DNA of 64,000 bases from Spirochaetia bacterium (GTDB lineage: Bacteria; Spirochaetota; Spirochaetia; SZUA-6; Bin103), in assembly GCA_965203515.1 (NCBI GenBank), contig OZ241907.1, positions 2,432,001-2,496,000 of the forward strand, given 5' to 3'. Shown piece by piece: positions 18,680 through 28,265 of the stretch. Below the pieces are notes generated by a model that saw nothing but the letters and a program-made list of their open reading frames with translations, was not told the DNA's origin and searched no databases. The position numbers and the translations under genes are program-made. Each line of letters starts with the position of its first letter. Position 1 is the stretch's first letter.

Positions 18680-19739
18680 TCCCGGACGCTCCAGGCCGGT
18701 CGGCTTCGGCATCGTCGGGACCGGTCTGATCGCCGGCATGCACGCCCGGGCGCTGGCGGAGGTCCCTACCGCACGCTTGGCGGCCTGCCTGTCGCGCGAC
18801 GCCGCCCGCGCCGAGCGGTTCGCGCAGGAGCACGGCTGCGCCGCGTTCAGCGACCTCGACTCGTTCCTGGCCCACCCTGATCTGGATGCCGTCAGCATCT
18901 GCACGCCGTCCGGCGCCCATCTGGAACCGGCGCTCGCCGCCGCCGCCGCCGGCAAGCACCTGTTCGTGGAGAAACCGCTGGAGGTGACCCTGGACCGCTG
19001 CCGGCGCATCGTCGACGCGGCAGACGCCGCCGGCGTCGTCTGTTCCGGCGTGTTCCAGTCCCGGTCGCTCCCGGACGTCCTGCTGATCCGGCGCGCTCTC
19101 GAGCAGGGCCGGTTCGGCGACATCGTCACCGGCGACGCCATCGTCAAGTGGAGCCGGCCGGCCAGCTACTACCGGGACAGTTGGCACGGCACCCAGGCGC
19201 TGGACGGCGGCGGCGCGCTGATGAACCAGTCGATTCACACCATCGACCTGCTGCAGTGGCTGCTCGGCCCGATCGAATCGGTGCAGGCGTTCACCGCACG
19301 CCGCGCCCACGTCGGGCTCGAGGTCGAGGACACCGCGGTGGCATCGGTCCGGTTCGCGTCCGGGGCGCTCGGCACGATCCAGGGGTCGACGGCGATCCAT
19401 CCCGGCTTCGAGCGGCGCATCGAGATCGGCGGCACGGCCGGCAGCGCCGTGCTGATCGGCGACGTCATCCGGGAGTGGCACTTCGCGGACGAGACCGAGG
19501 AGGACGCGGCGCTGCGCGCGCGCCGCGCCGACGCCGACCCGGGCCGCGGCGGCGCATCCGACCCTGCCGGCGTCGGCATTGCCGGACACCGGCGGCAGTA
19601 CGAGGAGGTGACGGCGGCGATCCTGCACGGCGCGAAGCCCGACATCGATGGCCGAGCCGCGATGGCCGCGGTCGCCATCGTCCTGGCGATCTACCGGAGC
19701 GCGCGCTCCGGGCGGGCCGTCGCGCCGCCCGCCTCGTAG
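18672..19739 (+). CDS. Gfo/Idh/MocA family oxidoreductase
   Basis: GIVGTGLIA, ICTPSGAH, HLFVEKP and GGGALMNQSIHTIDL motifs. Start set at GTG 18672. Confidence 0.9.
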   Translation: MPDPGRSRPVGFGIVGTGLIAGMHARALAEVPTARLAACLSRDAARAERFAQEHGCAAFSDLDSFLAHPDLDAVSICTPSGAHLEPALAAAAAGKHLFVEKPLEVTLDRCRRIVDAADAAGVVCSGVFQSRSLPDVLLIRRALEQGRFGDIVTGDAIVKWSRPASYYRDSWHGTQALDGGGALMNQSIHTIDLLQWLLGPIESVQAFTARRAHVGLEVEDTAVASVRFASGALGTIQGSTAIHPGFERRIEIGGTAGSAVLIGDVIREWHFADETEEDAALRARRADADPGRGGASDPAGVGIAGHRRQYEEVTAAILHGAKPDIDGRAAMAAVAIVLAIYRSARSGRAVAPPAS

Positions 19740-19839
19740 GCTTCTTCCGCAGCCGTCGAGCCGGCCGATCCCGGCCGCTCGGCATCCCCGGCCGCCGGCA
19801 GGTTGTCGGGTCACCGCTCGACCCGTAGACTGGAACGTT

Positions 19840-20802
19840 ATGGACGTGCGCAGTTGGTCGAAGTCGATCGTCGATGAAGTCGGCAAGGTGATCCTCGGCA
19901 AGGAGCAGGTCATCCGCCGGCTGCTGATCGCCCTGCTGTGCCGCGGCCACGCGCTGCTGGAGGACGTGCCCGGCGTGGGCAAGACGATCCTGGCGCGGGC
20001 GCTGTCGCTGGCGCTTGGCGGCGAGTTCCGGCGCATCCAGTGCACGCCCGATCTGCTGCCTGCCGACGTGCTGGGCGTCTCCGTCTACAACCCCAAGTCG
20101 GGTGCGTTCGACTTCAAGGAAGGGCCGGTGATGACCAACATCCTGCTGGTCGATGAGGTCAACCGGGCGACGCCACGCACGCAATCAGCGCTGCTGGAGG
20201 CGATGGCGGAGGGGCAGATCAGCGTCGAAGGCAAGACCACCCCGCTGCCGCAGCCGTTCTTCATGATCGCCACGGAGAATCCGGTCGAGTTCGAGGGGAC
20301 CTTCAACCTGCCGGAAGCCCAGAAGGACCGGTTCTTTCTCACTCTGCGCATGGGCTATCCGCCGCCGGAGGCGGAGGAAGAGATCATGCTGGCGCAGCGG
20401 CGGCTCACCCATCCGGTCACGGACCTCAAGCCGGCCACCGATCTGCAGACGGTGCTCTCGCTGCAGCAGCAGATACTCGACGTGGAGGTCGAGGACGAGG
20501 TGCAGGAGTACATCCTGACCCTGGTGGAGGCGACCCGCAGCGACAACCGGCTCAACCTGGGGGCGTCACCGCGCGCGTCGATGGCCCTGTACAAGGGAGC
20601 GCAGGCGGTTGCGGCGATGAACGGCCGCACGCAGGCCACGATCGACGACGTGGTCGACCTGGCGCCGGGCGTGCTGCTGAAGCGGATCAGCGTCAGGTCG
20701 GAACACCAGCTCAAGGGGCTGGACGAGGACCTGGTAATCGACGGTCTGCTCGACTCCACTCCCCGCGAGCCGGCGGCCGCCCCGGTAGCTGCCGGCGGCT
20801 GA
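19840..20802 (+). CDS. moxR: MoxR family AAA+ ATPase (copy 1)
   Basis: GHALLEDVPGVGKT, RIQCTPDLLPAD, DEVNRATPRTQSALLEAM and ATENPVEFEGT...DRF. Start ATG 19840. Confidence 0.93.
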   Translation: MDVRSWSKSIVDEVGKVILGKEQVIRRLLIALLCRGHALLEDVPGVGKTILARALSLALGGEFRRIQCTPDLLPADVLGVSVYNPKSGAFDFKEGPVMTNILLVDEVNRATPRTQSALLEAMAEGQISVEGKTTPLPQPFFMIATENPVEFEGTFNLPEAQKDRFFLTLRMGYPPPEAEEEIMLAQRRLTHPVTDLKPATDLQTVLSLQQQILDVEVEDEVQEYILTLVEATRSDNRLNLGASPRASMALYKGAQAVAAMNGRTQATIDDVVDLAPGVLLKRISVRSEHQLKGLDEDLVIDGLLDSTPREPAAAPVAAGG

Positions 20803-20805
20803 CCG

Positions 20806-21999
20806 GTGACGATCACCGCAGGGGGGCGGCTGCGCTTCTTCGTCGATCTCCTGTTCCCGCTGTTCCTCCTGGGAACGTTTCTGTTCGCGCCGTTCCGCCC
20901 GTTCCGCTTCGCGGTCCTGGCCCTGCTGGTGATCCGCGCGCTGTCGCTGCTGTACGCGTACCTGGCGCCGCGCCTCGTGCAGGTGACCCGCAGCGAAACG
21001 CTGATCCACGCGCAGCGCTTCCAACGGTTTCGCGTGACCCTCGATCTGCACAATCGCGGGCCGATCCCGATCCACTACCTGACCGTGACCGACACCTACG
21101 GCAGCTTCGTGGTGCGCGGCGGCTCCTTCATGGTCGCCCTGCCGCCCGGCGAACGCCGGCAGGTAACCTATGAGGCGGAGAGCCATTACCGCGGCGAGTT
21201 CAAACTGGGGCCGGTGCGGCTGCGCGGCGCCGACCCGATGGGCTTCTTCCGTTGGGATCACCAGTCGCCGACCCCCGCCACCGTGCTGGTCTACCCGGCG
21301 GTCTTCCCGGTCGAGATGCACGAGAAGGACGGTCTGCCGTCCGGCAGCATCACGGTATCCAGCCGCCTCTACGAAGACACGACCCGGTTCCGCTCCGTGC
21401 GCGAATACGTGGCCGGCGACGAGCTGAAGCGCATCAACTGGAAGGTGTCGGCGCGCATGGGCAAGTTGTTCTCCACCGAATACACGCCGTCGATCTACTA
21501 CCCGGTCATGATCGTGCTGAACCTGACGGAGGCCGATTACCCGATGGGCCAGCGCGAGCACCTCATGGAACGTGCGATCGAGGTGGCCGGCAGCCTGTTG
21601 TTCTTCTTCGTCAGCCTCAAGCAGGAGGTCGGCATCATCACCACCGGATCGATACGCGGCAGCGACCGGCCGCCGGCGGAGCCAGCGCGCGCCGGGGTGG
21701 GTCACGCCATCGGCATCCTGGAGATGCTGGCGCGCGTCACCGCCGGCAAGGAACGGATCGACTTCACCGGCCACGTGCTGGCATCGGGCGTGACGATCCC
21801 CACCGGCGCCAAGGTGATGGTGGTGACGCCGCCCACCACCGGGGCGCAGAACGATTCGCTGCTGGCGTTGCGCCGCCGCGGCCATGACGTGCAGGTCTTC
21901 ATCGTCTCCACGCATCAGACCCGTGAGGAGGACGCGGTGGTGCCCGGCATCCGCTCGCACCCGGTGCGCGGCTACGGATCGGAGCTGATCAAGCGATGA
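20806..21999 (+). CDS. DUF58 domain-containing protein
   Basis: N-terminal TMs, RGEFKLGP...DPMG and FRSVREYVAGDELKRINWKVSAR motif; follows MoxR. Confidence 0.9.
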   Translation: MTITAGGRLRFFVDLLFPLFLLGTFLFAPFRPFRFAVLALLVIRALSLLYAYLAPRLVQVTRSETLIHAQRFQRFRVTLDLHNRGPIPIHYLTVTDTYGSFVVRGGSFMVALPPGERRQVTYEAESHYRGEFKLGPVRLRGADPMGFFRWDHQSPTPATVLVYPAVFPVEMHEKDGLPSGSITVSSRLYEDTTRFRSVREYVAGDELKRINWKVSARMGKLFSTEYTPSIYYPVMIVLNLTEADYPMGQREHLMERAIEVAGSLLFFFVSLKQEVGIITTGSIRGSDRPPAEPARAGVGHAIGILEMLARVTAGKERIDFTGHVLASGVTIPTGAKVMVVTPPTTGAQNDSLLALRRRGHDVQVFIVSTHQTREEDAVVPGIRSHPVRGYGSELIKR

Positions 22000-23603
22000 A
22001 CCCGGCCCGACTCCGCTTCTACCGCACCACGCTGCATCCATTCCTGTCGATCGCCATACCGTTCCTGTTGCTGTTGTCGGTCGAGACGTTCGTGCGGGCC
22101 ATGGTCCTGCACGCGGTGCTGCCGCTGCCGGGCTACCTGTGGGCGGTGCTGCTGCTGACCGGCGTGGTCCAGGCGGTGTCGGCCAACCGCATGGCCCAGG
22201 AGGGAACCAACAGCATCGCGCCCCGCCTCCGGGAGCTGCTGTTGATACTGATCGGCACGCTGGTGCTGTTCATGCTGGCGCAGGGCCACCTGCTGCGCGG
22301 CGACGTCAATCCGGCAAAGGCCGACGTCCTGTATCCGTTGGCGCTGACCTTCGTCTACTGGATCATCGCCTTCGCGCTGCACCGCAACATGCGCGAACGG
22401 GAAGCGTTCCTGGCGCTGGTGGTCGACCAGGACGGCGATCAGCTCAAGACCGCGTTTCGCGACTACGCCGAGGAAGCGACCACCTCATCGGCGCGGATGC
22501 GCGCCCTGCGCCGCGCCATCCTGTGGTTCCAGTCGCTGTCCCTGATCGCCTTTCTGATCCTGCTGATCGCGGTCGACCCGATCGAGCCGTGGTGGACGGT
22601 GCTGGCGCTCGGCCACGTCGGCTTCGGGCTGGTCTTCCTGGCGATCGTCAACGGCTTCATGGAGGAGCAACAGCATCTGGGCGAAGGGCTGCCGCTGCCG
22701 GCGCCGCTGCAACGCCGCCGCGTGCGCGCCACCGTGCTGACGTTGCTGTTGACCGCCGCAGTGGCGGCGCCGCTCACCGGCCGCGAGGCGCTGCTGCCGG
22801 CGGAGGCGATCGGCGCCTTCATGGAGTGGCTGGAGGAGCGCCTGCGGCTGCCCGAGCGCGAGGTCCGGGTGCGGATTCGCGAAAGCGGCGAGACTCTGGT
22901 CTTCGAGGAAGATTTTCGGGAGCCCGACCTGGGCGAACTGGGCGGCGAACGCGAAGAGAACGCCTTCCTGGAGCAGCTGGTGCGCATCGTGCTCATCACT
23001 GCCGGCGCGCTGATCCTGACCGGTCTGCTCTATTTCCTGGTCCGGCCGCTGTTGTCGCGCGATTATCGGGAGCGCCTGCGGCAGGCGCGTCCGCTCGCCC
23101 GGCTGGCGGCCGCGATCGGCCGCTTCCTCACGTCGTTCGTCGCTTCGGCGCGCCGCATGCTGGAGACATTGGCGCGTTCGCGGCGATCGCTGGCGCGGTT
23201 CGGCGAGGCGCTGGTGGAACGCGCGCGCGAGCGGAGCGCGGCGCGCGCCGCCGCCCGCGCACGGGAGGCGGCGCTCGACAAGCAGCGCCAGCGCGCGATC
23301 GGGCAGGCGTCGCGGGCGTTCGTGCGCCTGATCCGCTGGGCCGAGCGCGGCGGCGTGCCGTTCCGCACGTGGATGGGACCGATGGAGTACGTGCTGCTGG
23401 TGGCCGAGCGGTCGACGGCCAACGCCAGGGCGCTCAGGGAGATCGGCGCCATCTTCGAACAGATCGCCTACGCGGCGACCGACCCGCCCGCGGAACGGTC
23501 GCAGACCTACTACCGCCTCATCAAAGAGGTGACTCGCCATCGCCTGCAGGAATCTGCAACGACCCGCACGCCGGATGCCTCGCTGGCTCCGGCGACGCGG
23601 TGA
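21996..23603 (+). CDS. Polytopic membrane protein with probable C-terminal DUF4129-like domain
   Basis: Multiple TMs; C-terminal AFVRLIRWAERGG...GPMEY...FEQIAYA pattern; operonic with moxR-DUF58. Confidence 0.65.
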   Translation: MNPARLRFYRTTLHPFLSIAIPFLLLLSVETFVRAMVLHAVLPLPGYLWAVLLLTGVVQAVSANRMAQEGTNSIAPRLRELLLILIGTLVLFMLAQGHLLRGDVNPAKADVLYPLALTFVYWIIAFALHRNMREREAFLALVVDQDGDQLKTAFRDYAEEATTSSARMRALRRAILWFQSLSLIAFLILLIAVDPIEPWWTVLALGHVGFGLVFLAIVNGFMEEQQHLGEGLPLPAPLQRRRVRATVLTLLLTAAVAAPLTGREALLPAEAIGAFMEWLEERLRLPEREVRVRIRESGETLVFEEDFREPDLGELGGEREENAFLEQLVRIVLITAGALILTGLLYFLVRPLLSRDYRERLRQARPLARLAAAIGRFLTSFVASARRMLETLARSRRSLARFGEALVERARERSAARAAARAREAALDKQRQRAIGQASRAFVRLIRWAERGGVPFRTWMGPMEYVLLVAERSTANARALREIGAIFEQIAYAATDPPAERSQTYYRLIKEVTRHRLQESATTRTPDASLAPATR

Positions 23604-23655
23604 GTCGGCAGCGCCTTGCAGGTACGGCGTTCCCGGTAACCGAGAGGAGTAATCG

Positions 23656-24609
23656 ATGGCAGACGTGAAGGCATGGGCCGCGCAGGTACGCGGCTCGGTG
23701 GAGCAGGCGTTCTTTGGCAAACAGGACCCGATCGATCGGGTGCTGGTGGCGCTGCTGTGCCGCGGCCACGTGCTGATCGAGGACGTGCCGGGGACCGGCA
23801 AGACCGTGCTGGGCCGCGCGGTGGCCAAGAGCATCGGCGGCCAGTTCCGGCAGCTGCAGTGCACGCCCGACCTGCTCCCTGCCGACGTGCTGGGCGTGTC
23901 GGTCTTCAATCCTCAGACCGGGGAGTTCGACTTCCGGGAAGGGCCGATCATGACCAACATGCTGCTGGTCGATGAGATCAACCGGGCCACGCCCCGCACG
24001 CAGTCGGCGCTGCTGGAGGCGATGGCCGAAGGGCAGATCTCGGTCGAAGGCCGCAGTCAACCGCTGCCCAATCCGTTCGTATTGATCGCCACCGAGAGCC
24101 CGGTCGAGTCGGAGGATACCTTTCCGCTGCCCGAGGTCCAGAAGGACCGCTTCTTCCTGTCGATCAGGATCGGCTATCCGTCGCGGGAGGCGGAGAAATC
24201 GGTGATCGCGATGCAGCGCGTCATCGAACCGCCCCTGGAACGGATAGGCCCGGTCACGGAGATCGACACCCTGCTGCAGATGCAGGAGGCGGTCATGGAG
24301 GTGCACGTCGAACCGTCGATCCGGCGCTACATCCTGTCGATCATCAACCGTACGCGAGAGGACAAGCGCCTGATGATCGGCGTGTCGCCGCGCGGGTCGC
24401 TGGCCATGTTCAAGGGCAGCCAGGCGCTGGCCGCGGTGCGCGGGCGGGACTTCGTCACGCCGGAGGATGTCCGCGACCTCGCCCCGTCGGTGCTGCGCAA
24501 GCGGCTGCTGCTCAAGTCCGAGCACTCCGCCAAGGGCATGACCGAGGACGCGGCGGTCGACGACCTGCTGGAATCGGTCGACGTACCTCCCCTCGCCGAG
24601 GCGGTGTAG
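23656..24609 (+). CDS. moxR: MoxR family AAA+ ATPase (copy 2)
   Basis: GHVLIEDVPGTGKT, DEINRATPRTQSALLEAM and ATESPVESEDT...DRF; GAGGAG RBS. Confidence 0.92.
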   Translation: MADVKAWAAQVRGSVEQAFFGKQDPIDRVLVALLCRGHVLIEDVPGTGKTVLGRAVAKSIGGQFRQLQCTPDLLPADVLGVSVFNPQTGEFDFREGPIMTNMLLVDEINRATPRTQSALLEAMAEGQISVEGRSQPLPNPFVLIATESPVESEDTFPLPEVQKDRFFLSIRIGYPSREAEKSVIAMQRVIEPPLERIGPVTEIDTLLQMQEAVMEVHVEPSIRRYILSIINRTREDKRLMIGVSPRGSLAMFKGSQALAAVRGRDFVTPEDVRDLAPSVLRKRLLLKSEHSAKGMTEDAAVDDLLESVDVPPLAEAV

Positions 24610-24621
24610 CGCCGTCGGCAT

Positions 24622-24652
24622 GGAAAGGGCGCGGCCGTGACGGCCGCGCCCT
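24622..24652 (-). terminator. GC-rich hairpin terminator between convergent operons
   Basis: Perfect inverted repeat agggcgcggccg-tga-cggccgcgccct (24626-24652), with a short T run on the minus strand. Confidence 0.7.
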
Positions 24653-24693
24653 GCGTGTGAGATCGTCCGGCAGTGCCTAATTGCCGGCAGTGC

Positions 24694-26295
24694 CTACTGG
24701 AACCTGAGGTTGATCTCGTTCATGCGCTGCTCGACGACGTGAAGGTCGCCGCCTTCCTCCCAGCGCGCCATCCATTCGTCGAACGCGGCCAGGTCCTTGG
24801 CGCCGGTGATCAGCTCGACGAACAACACGTTCATCTGGCCGCTGACGTCCATCTTCGCCCACAGGTCGTCGCCGTCCTCGTCGGTGATCGGAAAGAACCG
24901 GTTGGTCGGAACCCGGCGGATGTTCGCGTCGGAGTAGATGCCGGCCGGGTTCTTGTGGAAGTCTTCCAGCGCCTTGAGGACGCCGGGGTGCTGCCAGTTC
25001 GCCGTGTGCGGGGTATAGCTGTAGAGCGCGCCCCAGAAGTAGCCGGCGCCGATCTGCTTGGAGGCGTCGATGCCGATGAAATCCTCCCTGCGCTCCGGGT
25101 AGCCGAACTCGTTGATCTCCCAGTGCTTGCCTTCGATGCCCTGGTTGGTCAGCGTGTGGTACGACTCGTCCGTGTTCATCCGGTCCATGATCTGCATGAT
25201 CAGGTGCAGGTCGTCGGGACGCGATTCCAGGTGCCGGCCGAAGCCGTAGGAGCCGCCGTGGAACGGGTTCCAGACGTAGCGCGCCGGCCGCACGTCTTCG
25301 AAGAAGCGCGGGAACGGTCCCATCTCGATGCGCGCCTCCGGCACCACCTTGCGTATCCAGTTGCCCTCGCTGCCGGGCCGATCCAGGGAGTCATCCCATG
25401 ACCCGTAGCCGATCCACTCCTTGACGATGGTCTCGCCATTGCGGAACAGGTTCACGTTGGTGCCCGAGTCGATGGTCGGGAACTCCGGATCGATGTAGCC
25501 CTTCTCGAACCAGTCGCGCGCTACCTCGTAGCCCAACTTCATCTCCGGCTGGTTGAAGCCGTGCACGAGCCGGCCGTCCCGGAGGTTCCAGCGCCATTGC
25601 GCCCAGCCGGTGCCGTCGAAGATCATCGGGAAGCATTGCCACGTCAATCCCTTGGCCGGACAGGAGTACGGAAAGTCATCGGCGTTCTGCGCCTTGAAAG
25701 CCGCGAAGACCGCCTCGATCTCCTCGTAGGTACCCGGCGCGCTTGCGAAGCCCAGACCCTCCAGCACGTCCAAACGCCAGGCGATGCCGTGCGGAAACTG
25801 ACCGCCAAACCAGACGTTCGGGATCTGCACCAGCTTGCCATCGCGGTGGAAGCGGTCCCAGGTTCCCTGCTCGTTGAGGCCGACCACCTTCATCACGTCG
25901 ACCAGCGCCCGGTAGACGCCCGGCATGTACTCCTGTACGTCGGCAAGGTCGAAGCGAGCGGTGCCCTGCTTCATGATTTCCTCGTTCCACCAGACCGGGA
26001 ACACGTCCGGCATGTCGCCGGAGGCCAGCAGCAGGTTGAGCTTCTCGGTCACCTCGCTGTCGGCGTCGACGCCTTCCGGCAGGATGGTCACCTTGCGGCC
26101 CAGGTCGCGTTCGATCCACGACTCGACCGTGGTGAAGACCTCGGTGCGCTCCTCCGGTACCTGACGCAGCCCGAACCAGCGGATCTCGAGCGGCTGGTCC
26201 GCTGCTCCTTCGGTGGTGCCGGCGGCGATCGCGGCCCCGCCCCCGGCGAACAGGAGCAGCGCGCCCAAAACGACGGTAAGCAACCTTCTCATCAC
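24694..26295 (-). CDS. Carbohydrate ABC transporter extracellular solute-binding protein (LplA-like)
   Basis: Signal peptide; KLNLLLASGDMPDVF, WRLDVL, WFEKGYIDPEF and C-terminal FDEWMARWEEGG; AAGGAG RBS. Confidence 0.88.
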   Translation of the reverse strand: MMRRLLTVVLGALLLFAGGGAAIAAGTTEGAADQPLEIRWFGLRQVPEERTEVFTTVESWIERDLGRKVTILPEGVDADSEVTEKLNLLLASGDMPDVFPVWWNEEIMKQGTARFDLADVQEYMPGVYRALVDVMKVVGLNEQGTWDRFHRDGKLVQIPNVWFGGQFPHGIAWRLDVLEGLGFASAPGTYEEIEAVFAAFKAQNADDFPYSCPAKGLTWQCFPMIFDGTGWAQWRWNLRDGRLVHGFNQPEMKLGYEVARDWFEKGYIDPEFPTIDSGTNVNLFRNGETIVKEWIGYGSWDDSLDRPGSEGNWIRKVVPEARIEMGPFPRFFEDVRPARYVWNPFHGGSYGFGRHLESRPDDLHLIMQIMDRMNTDESYHTLTNQGIEGKHWEINEFGYPERREDFIGIDASKQIGAGYFWGALYSYTPHTANWQHPGVLKALEDFHKNPAGIYSDANIRRVPTNRFFPITDEDGDDLWAKMDVSGQMNVLFVELITGAKDLAAFDEWMARWEEGGDLHVVEQRMNEINLRFQ

Positions 26296-26374
26296 TTACT
26301 CTCCTTGAAGTTGATTGTCTGCCCTGCGACGCAGGGCTGCCCCGCAGGGCATCGGTTTCCCATATGGTACGGGC

Positions 26375-27286
26375 TCATCCCTTCAGCGATCCCACGATGA
26401 TACCCTTGACGAAGTAGCGTTGCATGAACGGATAGGTGCAGAGGATCGGTACCGTCGACGCCATCAGGATGGCGGCCTTGATCGTCTCCGGCGTGTACTG
26501 CCGTACCAGTTCCTCTTGCCGCTGAATCGCCTGGACGTCCGCACCCAGGCCTGAATAGGCAAAGTTGCTCTCCAGCAACACGCGGCGCAGCAGGATCTGC
26601 AGCACCTTGATCTTGGGACTGGTGATGTAGATGAGCGCATCGAACCAGGAGTTCCAGTGCAGCACCATGGTCCACAGCGCTATCGTGGCTACGATCGGCA
26701 TCGACAGCGGCATGACGATGCGCGCGAAGATCGTCAGGTCGTTGGCGCCGTCGATGCGGGCGCTCTCCTCCAGTTCCTCCGGCAGCGACATCAGGTAGTT
26801 GCGGGCGATGATCAGCGTGAACGGGTTGACCAGGATCGGCAGGACCAGCGCCCAGAGCGTGTTTACCAGACCCAGGCCGCGCACCAGGATGAACAGCGGG
26901 ACGATCCCACCCGAGAAGAGCATGGTGACCAGCACGAAGATCGTCCAGAAGGTGCGTAGCGGCAGGTACCGCTTGGCGAGCGGGTAGCCCATCATCATGG
27001 TCACCGACACCGTCAGACCGGTACCGACCGCCGTGCGCAGGATGGTCCAGTAGTAGGCGTTGCCGATGGCCGGGGTCTGCAGGATGCGGCCGTAGGACGC
27101 CAGGCTCATCGCTCCGGGCCGGGGGAACGCCTTGAAGCCGATCTTCATCGCCTCCTCGGCCGTGCTCAGCGACAACGTGATCTGGCGCATGAACGGATAC
27201 AGGATCGTGATGCAGAACAGCACCAGCAGGACGGCGTTGGCGGTGTCGAAGGTCTTGTCGCCCGGCGACTTGCGCAGCGCCATCAC
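26375..27286 (-). CDS. Carbohydrate ABC transporter permease (MalG/LplC type)
   Basis: EAA loop LPEELEESARIDGA; FSGGIVP; YPFMQRYFVKG. Confidence 0.93.
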   Translation of the reverse strand: MMALRKSPGDKTFDTANAVLLVLFCITILYPFMRQITLSLSTAEEAMKIGFKAFPRPGAMSLASYGRILQTPAIGNAYYWTILRTAVGTGLTVSVTMMMGYPLAKRYLPLRTFWTIFVLVTMLFSGGIVPLFILVRGLGLVNTLWALVLPILVNPFTLIIARNYLMSLPEELEESARIDGANDLTIFARIVMPLSMPIVATIALWTMVLHWNSWFDALIYITSPKIKVLQILLRRVLLESNFAYSGLGADVQAIQRQEELVRQYTPETIKAAILMASTVPILCTYPFMQRYFVKGIIVGSLKG

Positions 27287-27289
27287 CCG

Positions 27290-28264
27290 CTACCAGAGAC
27301 CGTAGCCGGTAAATCGCCGTACGATCCGGTCGACGGCAAGCACCAGCACCAGGCCGATGACGTTCTTGGTCAGCCCGACCGCAGTGCCGAACTCGAACTC
27401 GAATCCCTGCAGGCCGACCCGGTAGATGTAGGTGTCGATGATGTCGGCTATCTCGTAGACCAACGGGTTGTAGAGGTTGAATATCTGATCGAAGCCGGCG
27501 TCGAGGATATTCGCCATCCGCAGGACCAGCAGGATGGCGATCACCGGCAGGATACCGGGCAGGGTGATGCTGACGGCGCGCCGCCACCGGCTGGCGCCGT
27601 CGACCACCGCCGCTTCGTACAGCTCGGGGTTGATGCTCGACATGGTGGCCAGGTAGATGATCGTGCCGTAGCCGATCTCCTTCCAGATATCGCTGACGAT
27701 CAGGATCGGAATGAACCAGACCTGGCTGGTCAGGAGCACGGTCGAATCCAGGTCGAGCAGGCGCACGACGTAACCGTATATTCCGCGTCGCGACAGCAGC
27801 TCGGTGATCAGCCCGGCCACCACCACCCAGGACAGGAAGTGCGGGAGATAGGAGATCGTCTGCACCGTACGCTTGAACCTGGTGTTGAATATCTCGTTCA
27901 GCAGCAGGGCCAGGATGATCGGCATCGGGAAGCCGAAGGCGATGCGCAGCACGCTGATCTCCACGGTGTTCCAGAACACGCGCGCCACGTCGTGCTGCTC
28001 GAACAGCCGCCTGAAGTGCTTGAGGCCGACCCAGGGGCTGAACAGGATGCCCTGGTGGACGTCGTATTCCTTGAAGGCCAGCACGGCGCCATAGATCGGA
28101 ACGTAACGGAATACGACGAAGTAGACGATGCCGGGCAGCATCAGCAGCAGCAGATAGCGGTGGCGGTACAGTTCCTTTACCAGACTTGGTTTGCGGTATT
28201 CGACCAAGTCGATGGGCCGGACGGCGGCGGATCGGTCGGCGGCCATGCGCGGAACCTCCGTCAA
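27290..28264 (-). CDS. Carbohydrate ABC transporter permease (MalF/LplB type)
   Basis: SPWVGLKHF, QTISYLPHFLSWVV and ELYEAAVVDGA motifs. Confidence 0.93.
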   Translation of the reverse strand: MTEVPRMAADRSAAVRPIDLVEYRKPSLVKELYRHRYLLLLMLPGIVYFVVFRYVPIYGAVLAFKEYDVHQGILFSPWVGLKHFRRLFEQHDVARVFWNTVEISVLRIAFGFPMPIILALLLNEIFNTRFKRTVQTISYLPHFLSWVVVAGLITELLSRRGIYGYVVRLLDLDSTVLLTSQVWFIPILIVSDIWKEIGYGTIIYLATMSSINPELYEAAVVDGASRWRRAVSITLPGILPVIAILLVLRMANILDAGFDQIFNLYNPLVYEIADIIDTYIYRVGLQGFEFEFGTAVGLTKNVIGLVLVLAVDRIVRRFTGYGLW

Positions 28265-28265
28265 T

